Assembly: GCA_001724265.1 (NCBI GenBank)
Contig: MEDY01000110.1
Span: 1-64,000, forward strand
DNA length: 64,000 nt
Direction: 5' to 3'
Origin: Rhizaria sp. SCN 62-66
Taxonomy: Eukaryota
Shown here piece after piece: positions 28,401-33,808 of this stretch. Position numbers and translations under genes: made by a program. The notes beneath the pieces were generated by a model that ran no database searches, was not told the origin of the DNA, and saw nothing but the letters and a program-made list of their open reading frames with translations. Each line of letters begins with the position of its first letter. Position 1 is the first letter of the stretch.

Positions 28401-29633
28401 TTGCTCGCGCTGCGCCTGCAAGAGGGTCGCCATCAGCAGGCTTTCGCAGTCTGTGATAGCGAGCGAGTGCAGCGCAGAAGCTGGCACGGTCGATGCAACA
28501 CTGGAGAGCAGCGCTGCTGTGTCAGCATCATTGTCACTGACAGCGGCCGCGGCAGCAGCACTCGCAACCTCAGCGCTGGAGCCCGCGTTTGTGTGCGTGC
28601 CAGCGTTGCCATGCGCGCTCGCTGGAGCACGAGCATGAGCACTGGTTTTGAGACCGTTGGCATTGCTTGAAGAAGTAGCAGCCGCAGTTGTAGCGGCGGC
28701 AGCGGCGTTAACGGCAGCGTCAATCTCCGCGTGCCTCTGACTGACCGTGAGCACGCGTATCCGGGCCCTGGCGCCCGCCGCGGCGTTTGCGAGCGCGGCC
28801 ATGGCCCTGGCGAGCGGCAGCCCAGCGGCGTGAAACGTCTGCAGCGACTGCGTGTGCAGCAGCATGCGCGTCAGACACACCCTGCGCAGCCCCGCGGCCT
28901 GCGCGCGGCGGTCCGCGTGCGCGCGCAGCACGGCTAGGTGCAGCGTTTGCAGCGTCGCGTGCGAGTGCAGACGCGCGAGCGTGCAGTCGGCCAGCGAGTC
29001 CGCCAGCGCCGACGGCGGCGGCGGCAGCGGCGGTAGGCGGGTGGCCGCCGTGGTAATGTTGGTCGTAATAGTCGCCTTGAGATGCGACAGAGACGGCAGC
29101 GTGTCGGGCAGCGGGGGCGAGATCAGCACGCTTGCAGCAGTACCGCTAGTTGAACTCGAATTGCTAGCGCTGTCTTTGCGAGAAACACCAGCCGTGAGCG
29201 CAAGCCCATTATCAGTAAACCTTGCGCGCGCCGCAGCGCCAGCCGTATTCGCGTCCGCAGCACCACCAGCCAGACTGCCACTGAGGTTACTACTACTAGT
29301 ACTGCTTGAAACAGAGGCCGAGGTGGGCGCGGATGCAGGGGCGTCGAAGGATGGGATCTTGAGTCGGGACGCACTCGCAGCAGCGCGGGCGTCGGTTAAA
29401 GCCTTCGACAGGTCGCGCTCAGCAAGAGCACTTCGGTCGAGGAATACCGCAGAAGAGCGCGGAGGACCGACGGGCGGTGGCTGTGAGACTGAGCCGAGCT
29501 GCGCTGTTGTCGCTGAAGAAGGCGACGCCATGTGGCTGCTATCGTGACTGGCAGGGTGAGCGGAGGACTCAGCTGACGCGGGCGGGCGAGCATAAAAGCC
29601 AGCAGACGGCACAGGTGGGCCAAAGGTGGACAT
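7425..29633 (-). CDS. Giant 7402-aa Ala/Ser-rich protein, apparently single exon; conserved islands resemble CCDC162-like coiled-coil proteins
   Basis: 22.2-kb uninterrupted ORF from ATG to TAA. Islands such as RIRVLQRRVMGLLNYARSVQK, VLYSAALDDMRRLRTHLL and DRLSLLLATWEREYEYQCGKKALLDAV resemble the CCDC162 family (recalled, unverified). C-terminal coiled-coil region. The CDS is well supported; the family call is tentative. Confidence 0.6.
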   Translation of the reverse strand: MSTFGPPVPSAGFYARPPASAESSAHPASHDSSHMASPSSATTAQLGSVSQPPPVGPPRSSAVFLDRSALAERDLSKALTDARAAASASRLKIPSFDAPASAPTSASVSSSTSSSNLSGSLAGGAADANTAGAAARARFTDNGLALTAGVSRKDSASNSSSTSGTAASVLISPPLPDTLPSLSHLKATITTNITTAATRLPPLPPPPSALADSLADCTLARLHSHATLQTLHLAVLRAHADRRAQAAGLRRVCLTRMLLHTQSLQTFHAAGLPLARAMAALANAAAGARARIRVLTVSQRHAEIDAAVNAAAAATTAAATSSSNANGLKTSAHARAPASAHGNAGTHTNAGSSAEVASAAAAAAVSDNDADTAALLSSVASTVPASALHSLAITDCESLLMATLLQAQREQRLSVVLMALKHMPQRAALRLALQADAPARGVFAVTAPAVHTAAATPARAPLHFALADNNSQDGNSTIRAPAKYPLHYLSHPTTPLPAPSPFARLFPHSNAATNLSIFASPLLPLHVTAAALAAASVAAPLPAAAEGAWVTVASLLVAMTADGTLAATEAAAPALVPLTEAEAEAEAAAAAGAGAAAVGSAAAGVSCEGAGAERNFARVRRWAPTALAAAAAATSAATTISNAASAAVAGNAKSGSSASAGAAASGSAAGVCALLALTQPPAGAAGAVLAWAAQVLAAGYDKTPDALRIATAGGAVGAAGLAMPVPAPRARAMGAGLVRKVRAGGRKRRNKRGNNNKTGTIGIDGVDAADDDGDLGLDDDDDDDDDGDDGGVYLLAEEDAYEEEDEADGSNNNNDLYGYVPAHLADAPASTITSTHTSTNADSNSAGSNDVNTDALGSGFASDDAVTVAGAVVPSAPWPQPHSAVVADAVELTVTPFVPLPTPEQRAQQAGLDLEVPLPWPHATITAVSTTTTTASSSSNENDTSNATVFSAEQESKSSSSGAGGESVNVTVSVSVPAEASVHAACAEAAATSPLAPGFLWLDRVTADAPAAEACAWARALATAHGPVARARQGAAPGPVAPAVAAETSESSVESVVLLQMTRIRVLQRRVMGLLNYARSVQKNTVNTLINHGAIECPNALATSKCNNSGGGGGGLAAIVLQTLLTAHNNDINNADASSGDSPNDRKSTDNTDAGAPTVAAAEQALSALKSASLRAEDLPLELHLAAAAAMSGGGTAPHIGGRHSSLLGLADEVAAAAAGNGSNSQSRGNGAMDSDDDDYDDGDANCGDDLGDGDGCVSGSRSGLRAPRALDTYTVDTEDGAITVHSSGGSPSIIAADGVVAAGTPVLYSAALDDMRRLRTHLLQHNLRYLSHLHSRQAHARARQRVAAAAWARRLEASVAALAEATLAAGCSGRSTYVHGPSWLPPFSLFARKCVSVTSTNPNASAAAGVEGMCFVSLNELASLTSRFASSPDTADEDAKSNGSDEDSRFASGYVDNECPMRQRRSAVAAAGRAVSRLLAMSSRDIRRYRPPALPTSTSPLSVTTSLATTTPLDNTNANMIATGTVNNATAAVAAASSSSSSGFSFGTGLALRPVPSVDAVLASKEAARHALRLRVGAHGRVQRVAVNTADAPLPASSTDATTPAPTGAGAGACENDEEVAAATGTRGWRAALATAVATLAATLAASAEDLPSARHSDPRTQAVAEADAEALGAAARMGPAALAAAEHTRLDFETGCDRLSLLLATWEREYEYQCGKKALLDAVTRALPHCADPSAARDIARRVAAIVAARPTVDSAPSADMHVVSGLAEREAVENQQFFAAYFSGTGFVPASALRAVPALAEYQAQTASVLAATAVANRPEGTHASAAAAAATALPPPLPPVFLLPFTAPAPRPPPARLAWPLAQISLDATVLRARAAALHCSLDLLTDCERAAATDGEPWRAQLAASPAAAAAAAAVAAASELGLAGPGGASVAAGPRSRQSLSLRATGRYGQLMPPPVTPATALTASCSNTTAAAVAAAVHAARFPAAPLGNSGVVLSAVAASFNDGNGSMLSSCAPGGAVSATFTLYTPLETVVYYPARPFDRFAPICSRYTHSNMSTQTSSSATSSLGSCRCVYKDDHSEMYTALVSGSEDRYGPAGWRYAAGTAESASQPLSLRLLPTLANANANGRPNATATAVAHATLASSAAAAIAVSATGPATAGALATDGLPSDVAAAVTAHRGALARARARGSGYEPASAWLQIDANGDSDAAAAALGPGAALGGAATADEAAAACAAATAVVPAAGAVLAPPLPAPRRPAGLVELLPALAAVGSVADATAAAEARLLELQPRRNRLIWPQPPQPPRVYTFATRIVAKQSDATAPDSVALAALSPLAADAEARALFAAAATSATETMYSPEPFVALTRRYLDFLPLIYAASVDYLLAFTNEAASAASAAAAAADAADSAHATTAFSSSADAAPTALSQSAGANQLDTRSRLCPTHNALTDAPPRLQLQRSPLTEQMFPMAGLPALPPRRRALVTTAEADAAAAVAAGGAPGRAPVAAAVASRVAAASAASAAKIGNKSGAHSGWGAAARVSVAPATGGGSDTASALALGHGGRMNAAMGVIDGDGWVFAPIKGRALTRAMLASAVSPADSASLSDITNAHSNKGTSTPSGRNAAPVDDMLAQTMQSPNEFCLTRFERSHHIAAAAVEVLRTVAASSLASAAPFALSSGHREPSTLASLWSHAALTSPAIVITTVRSLAHRRATRELRAAVKAQAQALAATQAAEAALVSAGDGVTAGGAAGRAARKAGARAKPPPGNDANLSGAIASAVSAGTAAALDAASLRAAAAAVATAASAVSAASNATSAGDGTMQNRRDAANLAANAKATTTAATAAATAAGATNLQGPLYNSGGSVSSNSTSASSILTPTPALSAAVTAFPMPEALNALDAMTFRRALLQASVESQIATRVYHAQAAYFNIADPRTLLATRALSAAHALDGGGASGGARGAGRGTGTGAAANAAAGSAAAGVVMARPTGGAARASTMHGKNDGKTFSVFASIASDDNDSAAAGSTLNAPSNSRTNEENDALVSNPFLSMPWGRGDDDATPTADALSIALTSGGSGSASLLWTAAAAGTPGAFDRLIAASSDPLDLSRLSALSPAAATTAVAAAASACAAWARHCGLGALYSPRAALWRPTPVPASCVDEIGKLTITDLERELHVPLQSLTTLRSPFVLFSLPRKATAVEASTCAATPLAVIRLAAETQQAHARALSLVTQAHAVLMTDTAPASCDVDAADSDASTVFKAEGDGAVVCSYAVDRQQMALPQQQQQQQQKRKPGPAAHPRNSSTQYSPFAQVASSGANVNNTSTSALSGAKSPRHTRTSSDSGALCASQRASVAGGGQSVMVGAPSLVPPLASLWAVCGLTAPLPVPHSSVSATTTAAAAAVVAQARAGAVAPLQSVIAAADTTAAITKRKLAWVTAQRTEAASRAAQHARFPRLVVRGGLTSLSFLCLAPLKERARHRARLAASDSATEDSAASTYARALLSALAVTVYAAETSLLRRQHVGSQWGALTATVVVAAPFAAAANAAAAAAADAQFAHVGNVAAAAVTGSAPGVSTSASGVPATAAAPMVLLPTVLYTGPGAAADASHFAAAFATQYLSACAHSGATSTSSSASAAATTSYAASGGSSLSAAAVLTELQKEEAKQLFPSGLLHLLAPTVLLSAITASTSTAASTSGANIGSSIPRSTSALVDPFGVSCGDAAGSVPLDAQARLDLARAARSITQRLSLLSGAPAAADIAVLLATPGDCVDPAAIQLDLACRRAWSDVCATWASYAATVRIAAAADVETVAAGGATPSVGSGYAGAIAMSPSQVARWVATSGNSSARSQVQPQSQSQTQTQSQQQQQQQQCAIAMTTRVSAASTSANSTAAVPAAGSGVVGSNITGIRVRSLCVQSVPRRLAPLLSVHSVFLECLSASARAVLALPWDCTVSDVLAVVDQQRHAAHHALALALAAAAEAATHCAAPTQAAIDEPLYTAPAASNSSTITDNATVGVVGAAALAPASASAAVAAAAAAAAAASASQRATGASRVDWRSRSLSSLRPALRLWLSTALATLTSPAALVPQAVTALGHRPLIPRTEASVATASVHANSASSTATAAVPVRPVAASFPKELLVDGAPPAALEGPSAVPLSVIKSLPPGHTLSSLVRFVTTTATASVVAVTSVGGNLKNDMSVVISPLPCVGGAFDAVSRALSALNAPLRRAARRGWAVQSALTVAPGSAGSPFVLLLDAHTAASLAVAVGSSPYAAAVTDELPASAAALADASSNPTLGEADAEAEAVLRSGGGYVGAGGVFGRATAALAAAPHWHCPAWQLPASQTATAAAAAAAAAAAGVTTTVGAAASRALRALSAPAHSRAGLMNAAIANAAQSQAYARLWQQRHGLSECTIAAPATTTHLSFSHQSNYSSASDDSGVVAFNVHADPLPLRCYSRPPRASVASAAVGVSTMLNAPAGVSVSASGPAASQSSRPVYALRLPGGDTAACGGRWLSPAAALPYTVTGSDFLSLAGAAPVAAAAETAAQTLALLAPPSLLSAAATQGLEAFHETLAALLALGPAASPQPQLSLAAAPVADDTAEPALVAQSRLVEAHLHAIRVSNAMMDTAHAEARRAAAAPALATTLGAAGVPRGPVAVAGPRAVAAAAAVSAHLTRALYSGAWPMAVSSASQSAAPRAQQVQRSSSHANSSVSASVGSAMFASLLDGTLPLTLQQRLALLLTTATTSSSLNGNGARSGRSGSVSGPSGNGSSAGENGDNGEGDETLCAAAAPSAAALAAAAADAADATPSSLADAGGLAAVALVGGLTSAQTTLQSRVFTLFRHLCDAFVCFVAVRHELRRLRRERRRTGIRLRLRGASGAGNANEQQGMGQGLGLGAGGYTVFGGYGYGRSRPDSSHARSDTTTEATGASASTPRAASATSANSSGQSKGLITDPYSVAVAHEGLATAVGLESDAENDNETTSSPRIASAANTTTGSTVANGTGRVMSKTVSFEYDANAAESRTSVNTLKRDEQNDDDNDADSDGDDDDDNSNDLNAHTLLLFLKSKWLHDHLDAMHSLYAPHLPAPVATVFSPIVPATNSSSTTASALSGPAILNATTDRDLRLRVAQSIRARHLLPDPMALAAAAPTPAPAIAPAANTAAASMESVPMEVSPFPALLINNGNNSNSNNVDAGAAVVLSTSAAGDAYAGRYTGVWEAATAVAEVPVLASVPALSALSLGENDTNNAESPRDEDSKQRRCQGRRNNNKTSKGRVLGPRSLRHCHPALLLPTVTNAVDAPDANSSADTNSDMNSSPTDSIAARSRACAVVAAAYASVVAPYIGTLGGDAWAAIPPALLPAVASNCAGQQQPQQHYDSRARSGGISAQPTVPLPPLLAAPSAASPWSLWVSLLGADAAAARPLAAAAATVDALPVVGNAIYSGATTDIDATALIISLAHSHSIGASASTGVLPEWGRATVDRAWRRNPLEWQRALVLLEGYLLPLAARISAPWSQLPSQTDKSLGIGEMGRVRVLKSEESGVMSLLPPLTQLQQRKAASAAASADAGKYGLGLPPALQRPRRVFAAAAGTAVYNDTANLVVHHVDGDADEHEHKYGGYGHSNSRTQDHKYHPQQSSSFFATASKPAPVAVATLGSNAPVATPTDATASTAASTVSVTTTAASVGSETHAPSDAAAEVTAAAAAAIAAADAQFRERIAARSAAKARDREAAAARARAERAAARAEAAAEQGRAVRDATGFSGEGAARVRIWRKAEVSVTRVVAREMRRLDREERRTAREERKRARVASVASVAATAAVGTGSVPAGAGQNAQAQVQVLRESESDSESESDGDDGWSDEDEDEDEDEDGDDGDSGYNDRDDYYYGLSSSRYRPHHLASDAHADADAHGHAHNGAHGHSGDAADAAHAHAHALQTSHVFLLPVPISGSTANSLGTAEKALRLRFSTLNPLFSVLLSTGFTSHAQLPALQQQRLADAHRAAVLSQKQVQQQQARSRRSNGTATHASVTVYLGLTAADGDNNAGASDGNEVDAATPASALAAAAAAAATAAAARHRVLAAPASLALSWLPLALPSAAAAAAAAGTAVDTVVASLDPSAAARTLRNPTECAMGASTRAVLALTSVLSDDIAASQLTRAAAAAHARGAAAAAARAAVAAAVSLPPDPVPGAAAAAASATLGSRSLTANGNSKNKSDGKISSAAAAAAAAAEAAAAEAAAAPPEPVLALLRCRFVSLLQLAVTDPSTVGSAAAAAVDRPWLGLSLTLLLALSNAGRPRALPLLVASLRVRSRARKAAARALPPPVSAATALVPRAAPSAASLSVLPPAIPAAELRLLLAAALARAPALRPALTTAGDAGWETLLRSTGLALPRAAAARAFAAWTALASAELARAERERSEYDDLLPRSAAEAAAAADATALRALPALRATVPVPAAWARAAVTDDAPLHALRRVARGAAGLLADVADSAQPVAALRAAASLIDAHAEFVVLPRALVEKLLTDITAAAATHAAVVPGPDPALRALVVAAAHADTVADGAAAHAVAVARRIAIASANGGVAAADTAAVELATVLVSQRLQDTLRSATTVNNCNAITGTGAAPSAGGVAVFFAGMGVGGGGNSVAVARSVREARQRFQGKLLAEIEKLSVLRLSMAEALTAARWRLHSHFALIKRTAMRGVVALPSTPFALRSRTLAALAAEDTVDACRAELVRLELTAAKAATAIATRTAARAVARQNAADATAAAADAMCGAVRAAVRGDSLAVTLAQHSADAADTVAAEEARAVSIKTALSAVEIDVAKITEWRRVRERELAVLRRFVSSHRQLLKYDYQRISRELTRAGERLDAEARRDAAAPDERRRARDARRQRVLRLLEELKQERIATERITGTTAANARPNNVTTDMLSRSAAGFDANSASASGRSALVASIAAATAHRERLEQISVEMRRLLGYKLSTEEQYVIADPDNALYSPAGVEQLRALIAHGTAAALAGTGVMSGVTATPDALDVTAGGATGIWDAAISGPGSARRGRRQGVGTSAIGGKPALETMSLTAMLSRQHQQLQRSALGTPAENNSRPTTASASTAVRAPFVLTASASVNGPAVSAAAAHGTATTATAGAIAVGGGGIVPGYGVTNARPRLGGATTRPPSTGNGAASGSGWSLLARPRSGGSAGAGESAVSSGFMSSLSSTRDAPPPKHTLYPPTAIILTAGTTSVPSLGNGTGAGGVPVAAGSTMLSNATATTNGSGNASAKPALSAVEAAAQALARVSASVTASTVTAATSTTPNIGATSNNVVFMDRATRLPPTAAGATRRAVPGAAAAAAAAAGQETYFTLSARGPVRIMPNNNSLNSIGYSAAGAGFISGTGVGNSGRGTLAGAGASLAMQGDASASKGANGSQSAR

Positions 29634-30399
29634 AGGTGGTGTAGCCAGGAAGCCGCGAGGCAGAGGCGTCTTCGTTGGTTGGAAGTGAGAAGCCTGTGGG
29701 AAAGTGAGCTTCTTAAGAACGCAAAAATATCGATGAGAAAGTCACTTTGAATACTAGTATTCAAATAACATGTATGACAAAACAATTAAAAACGAAAAAC
29801 CATATATGCAAGAATATTGACGTTGAGATAGTCGTAGGGTGGTATCCGTTTTTTCGTCGACTTTGACTTGACTGACAAATCTTCCCCATACAATAGTTAC
29901 CTCTTTGCGGTTCGTAAAAACAAAAGTCATTTTTGATCGGACTGGAAGTCGAGAGGATGAATCGTTTGTACCCGGATTGGACGCTTCTCCGTATCCTGGC
30001 AATTCAGCAACCAATTTTGTTAAGCTCTTGAGTGGAGGTCTTTATCAGAAATGTTGCCACATTTGCGTCTCACGGCTTCCTGGCCGCGAACACGGTGGCT
30101 CTGAAGGGGCTCATTGGCTAGGGCCAGCACCCCTTGCTCCCTCCACTCTCCCCTGTCCCACGACCCGTGTCGCCCATTTGAGCGCTCCCGGTGGACTATC
30201 TACACACCTTGCTCATAATTCTATTATGAGCATCGCGTTACGTGGCAGTATCTCCTTAGCTTCCCTGTCTATCCATTCCTCAACACCCATCTCACCTTCC
30301 CCCTTTGATCCTCCTCTGCTGTCTACTCTTCATTTTATCTCATCATCCGAACTCTCGCGCGTTTCCGTTCATCTCCGCGTTGCTCGTACAGAGTGGAGG
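29634..30399. promoter_or_regulatory. Divergent intergenic/promoter region containing a perfect 20-bp palindrome TTTGAATACTAGTATTCAAA (29746-29765)
   Basis: Head-to-head start codons at 29633 (-) and 30400 (+). The palindrome is read directly from the sequence; regulatory function is inferred. Confidence 0.4.
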
Positions 30400-32799
30400 A
30401 TGAAGTCCCTCATCCTCGCCTTAGCGTTGGTGGTGGCTTGCCTCTTAACGCTGGCGCCGTCCCCCGCCAGCGCCTGGTCCTCCCCGGGCTCCGGCTCCCC
30501 CTCTGCCTCTGCCACAGCCGCCGAGCTCGTAGAGGTCGACGCCTACGAGGAGGCCGAGCTCAACGGTGAGCCCTGCCCTACGGGCTGCTCCAACCACGGC
30601 ATGTGCACACAGGACGGCCAGTGCTTCTGCTACGACGGCTGGGGCGGCAGCGACTGCTCGACCCGCGTCTGCCCAGCCGCCTGCCACCTCCATGGCTCGT
30701 GCGTCGACGGCCAGTGCGTGTGCAAGCCCGGCTGGGCGGGCTACGACTGCTCCTACCGCGGCTGCGCCAACGACTGCAGCGGCCACGGCGTGTGCCACAT
30801 TACGCCCTACGCGTCGCAGTGCGCCTGCTACCCGGGCTTCACAGGCCCCACGTGCGAGCGCATGGAGGTCGCCGTCGCCGCCACGTCGTGCATCGACGAT
30901 TGCAACGGCCGCGGGTTCTGCCGCGGCACCACGTGCCAGTGCGAGCCCGGCTGGGTGGGCCGCGCATGCGAGCAGCCCGAGTGCCCGCACGGCTGCTCCG
31001 GCCGCGGGCTTTGCGACAAGGCCACCGGCAAGTGCCAATGTCTCGACTCGGTCAAGTTCTCCGGCTCCTTCTGCCAGACGCTGAGCTGCCCCAACAACTG
31101 CTACGGCAACGGCGTGTGCCTTGAGTCGGGAGTGTGCAAGTGCAACCCGGGCTTCTTCGGCCGCGACTGCGCGCCCGAGAACTGCCCCGACAACTGCAAC
31201 TACCCCGCGCGCGGCGAGTGCACCGTGCCGCCCCCAGCGCCGCGGGACGCCAATAACGCCTCGTCCCCACTGGGCGACCGGCGCGGCGTGTGCAAGTGTG
31301 GACCCTTCTTCACGGGCCCCTCGTGCGCGGCGCGCCGCTGCCCACTCGACTGCTCCGGCAATGGCCAGTGCGACGACAAGACGCACCAGTGCAAGTGCAA
31401 CGAGGGCTGGGCTGGCGAGGCCTGCAACCTGCGGCCCTGCCTCCAGACGTGCGTGCACGGTGCGTGCCTTGACGGCCAGTGCAAGTGCGAGCCCGACTGG
31501 ACGGGCGGCGCCTGCGATCAGCCTAAGACGTGCCCCAAGGACTGCTCTTCGCACGGCGTCTGCCGCGGCGGCGCCTGCTACTGTGAAAACGGCTATGAGG
31601 GCGCAGACTGCTCCCGCTCCGTCGGCGCGGCCATCACTCCTAAGCTGCTGCGCTCCGCGACCGGTGACATCCTCCCCGCCGGCCAGGCCGTCTGCTCGCC
31701 GCCCTGCGACGACGCCAACGGGCTCTGCGTCGTGTCCCCCGCGACCGGGCTGCCGCAGTGCACGTGCAAGACCGGCTTCGGCGGCGCCGACTGCAAGCTG
31801 CGCGCCACGCCCCCCGCGGCCAAGGCCGGCGTCAACGGCACGTCATTCATCTCGGTCGACCAGGTCATCACCCAGGGCCTCGCCGTCGACCCCAAGACCG
31901 CCACGCGCAACGGCAAGGCCGCCAACAACGGCAACGCGACTGCGGGCGGCAACGCGACCGCTGCTGCTACAGGCAACGTCACTGCTGGCGCGAACGCGAC
32001 CACCGCCGCCCGGGACAACAAGACTGCCAGCGTTCTCAACAACACCAAGAGCACGAACGCGACTGCGGGCGCCAACGCCACCGCGGGCGGCAACGGCACT
32101 GCGGGCGTCAATGGCACTGCGGCCGGCAACGTGACGGCGCCGCTGAACGCGACTGAGACGCTCAAGCGCGTGGCCGCCGTGGCCGCTGCGAACGCGCTCA
32201 AGCCCAAGAACGCGACCGAGGCCGCTGCGCAGGCGGCCAAGAAGCGCGAGCTCGCTGAGCTGGGCCAGATCGCGGTCAAGCCCGTGGCGCAGCGTACGGC
32301 GTGCGAGCCGGCGTGCTCGCAGAACGGCCGCTGCATCATCCTTGACAAGGCCATCGGGCCCCAGTGCTTCTGCCTCAAGGGCTTCGCCGGCCCCACCTGC
32401 GGTATCGCCGTCGCGGCCAAGCCCGTCGTTGCCGCCGCGCCCGCTGCCGCCGCCGCCAAGCCCGCTGCTGCGGTCAAGCCTGCCGCTGCCGCTGCTGCTG
32501 CTGCTAAGCCTGCTGCTGCTGCTGCCGACGCCGCTGCCAAGCCCGCTGCCGCCAAGCCCGCTGCCGCGCCCGCCGCTGCGAAGCCCGCCGCCGCCCCCGC
32601 TGCCCCCGCCGCCAAGCCCGCTGCTGCCTCCGCCGCCGCGCCCGCCGCGCCCGCCGCTGCGAAGCCCGCTGCGCCGACGGTGACGACGCTGATCGAGGAG
32701 GCGGCGTACTTTGACGAGGACGCGCTGTGGGAGAGCGAGGAGGACCGCCACGAGGACGAGATGCTGCTCCGCGCGCTCGACCAGATCATCCGCGTCTAA
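30400..32799 (+). CDS. Secreted tenascin-type EGF-repeat glycoprotein (about 799 aa, about 12 EGF-like modules)
   Basis: Signal peptide MKSLILALALVVACLLTLAPSPASA from ATG 30400. Repeats of CPxxCSGxGxC...CxCxxG(W/F)xGxxC, an NxT-rich segment, AKPAAA repeats and an acidic C-terminus. Stop TAA. Confidence 0.85.
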   Translation: MKSLILALALVVACLLTLAPSPASAWSSPGSGSPSASATAAELVEVDAYEEAELNGEPCPTGCSNHGMCTQDGQCFCYDGWGGSDCSTRVCPAACHLHGSCVDGQCVCKPGWAGYDCSYRGCANDCSGHGVCHITPYASQCACYPGFTGPTCERMEVAVAATSCIDDCNGRGFCRGTTCQCEPGWVGRACEQPECPHGCSGRGLCDKATGKCQCLDSVKFSGSFCQTLSCPNNCYGNGVCLESGVCKCNPGFFGRDCAPENCPDNCNYPARGECTVPPPAPRDANNASSPLGDRRGVCKCGPFFTGPSCAARRCPLDCSGNGQCDDKTHQCKCNEGWAGEACNLRPCLQTCVHGACLDGQCKCEPDWTGGACDQPKTCPKDCSSHGVCRGGACYCENGYEGADCSRSVGAAITPKLLRSATGDILPAGQAVCSPPCDDANGLCVVSPATGLPQCTCKTGFGGADCKLRATPPAAKAGVNGTSFISVDQVITQGLAVDPKTATRNGKAANNGNATAGGNATAAATGNVTAGANATTAARDNKTASVLNNTKSTNATAGANATAGGNGTAGVNGTAAGNVTAPLNATETLKRVAAVAAANALKPKNATEAAAQAAKKRELAELGQIAVKPVAQRTACEPACSQNGRCIILDKAIGPQCFCLKGFAGPTCGIAVAAKPVVAAAPAAAAAKPAAAVKPAAAAAAAAKPAAAAADAAAKPAAAKPAAAPAAAKPAAAPAAPAAKPAAASAAAPAAPAAAKPAAPTVTTLIEEAAYFDEDALWESEEDRHEDEMLLRALDQIIRV
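32416..32672 (+). repeat. Coding tandem repeat encoding (AKPAAA)n
   Basis: Recurrent gccaagcccgctgc/aagcccgccgcc units within the EGF protein tail. Confidence 0.8.
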
Positions 32800-33808
32800 G
32801 GTGAACTATGCCATCAGTCGGGACGGACGGGTTTGGAAGCAAACGAATTGAATGAGGTAGTGACTGTAAGTGTTTCTTTTGTTAGCAAAGTGATGTCAGA
32901 TTCGCTTAGTTTTGTTCTTAGTTTATGTTTTATGCATGTTTACGTAGTCGTTGTTGTGTGTCCGAAATTGTGACTTGCTGACGAAAACTACTTCACTGCT
33001 GTCAGCTACTTGTCGGGAAGAGGTTATGTAGTGTCTGTTGTTGTTTTGTTGTCGTCGTCGTCATATGTCGTTATCCTTGTGGGTTGTGCACTTGTATTTA
33101 AAACACACATGCGCTCACAACTCTCGATTGTGTACGCGGCGGCGATTAGGAAGGGTTAAGAGCGTGTCTATTTTGTTGGTGTATTTCGGCTTTGCGCCTT
33201 AATCCGCTGACTTGGCGCGCGTTCACAAAGAATCAATAAGTCTAAAACAGAAAAGAGCCTGTGGTACCCATCTGAAATGCGGACCTCAACTTGCGCTATA
33301 GAAATGTCAAAACCAATAAAAATTACTCAACTTTTTATATTCCTTGTCTCAATCAATTCCTCATTTCCAAATCCGCGAACATATCGGCCTTTTATGGCTT
33401 CGTTTTGCGTGGCCTGGATGTCGCGAGTGACTGTATTAGAGCCCTCGATCGCGAGAGTCGACTGTGAAGAAAGTTAAGCCGCGAGTTGGATCCAGCGGAG
33501 AAACTTCGTAACCCGTTTTGACCGTGTTAAGTCCGTCATTTTGCAGAGTTATTGGTTATCTGGGTTAGGAGGAACCTTTTTCTGCTTTATACCTTTCTAA
33601 TCGCTTCGATCTAGTGCATTAACGTTCCGTACAAAAGTGTCGCAGGTTTTCCCGCCTAAAGACCTTTGGCGGAGACGTCGTTTTGTTTCCGCACGTCTTC
33701 TATGCAGCTCATGTTCAAAAATTGACTGTGCCTATTCGCGTTCTATTTTTCCCTTTCCTTGCCCTTGACTCCGCTTGCTCACCCGTGCGCGTATACCCGC
33801 AGCCGCAG

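Noticed and set aside
7456-29547. Numerous long plus-strand and alternative-frame ORFs overlapping the giant gene (and similar ones over other genes)
   Set aside because: Shadow ORFs expected from GC-rich, GCN-biased coding sequence; no recognisable motifs.
29905-30399. N-terminal extensions given by the ORF track (also 33683-33808, 38547-38732, 39008-39130)
   Set aside because: They start at non-ATG or upstream codons in UTR- or intron-like pyrimidine-rich DNA; downstream ATGs match a signal peptide or orthologue starts.
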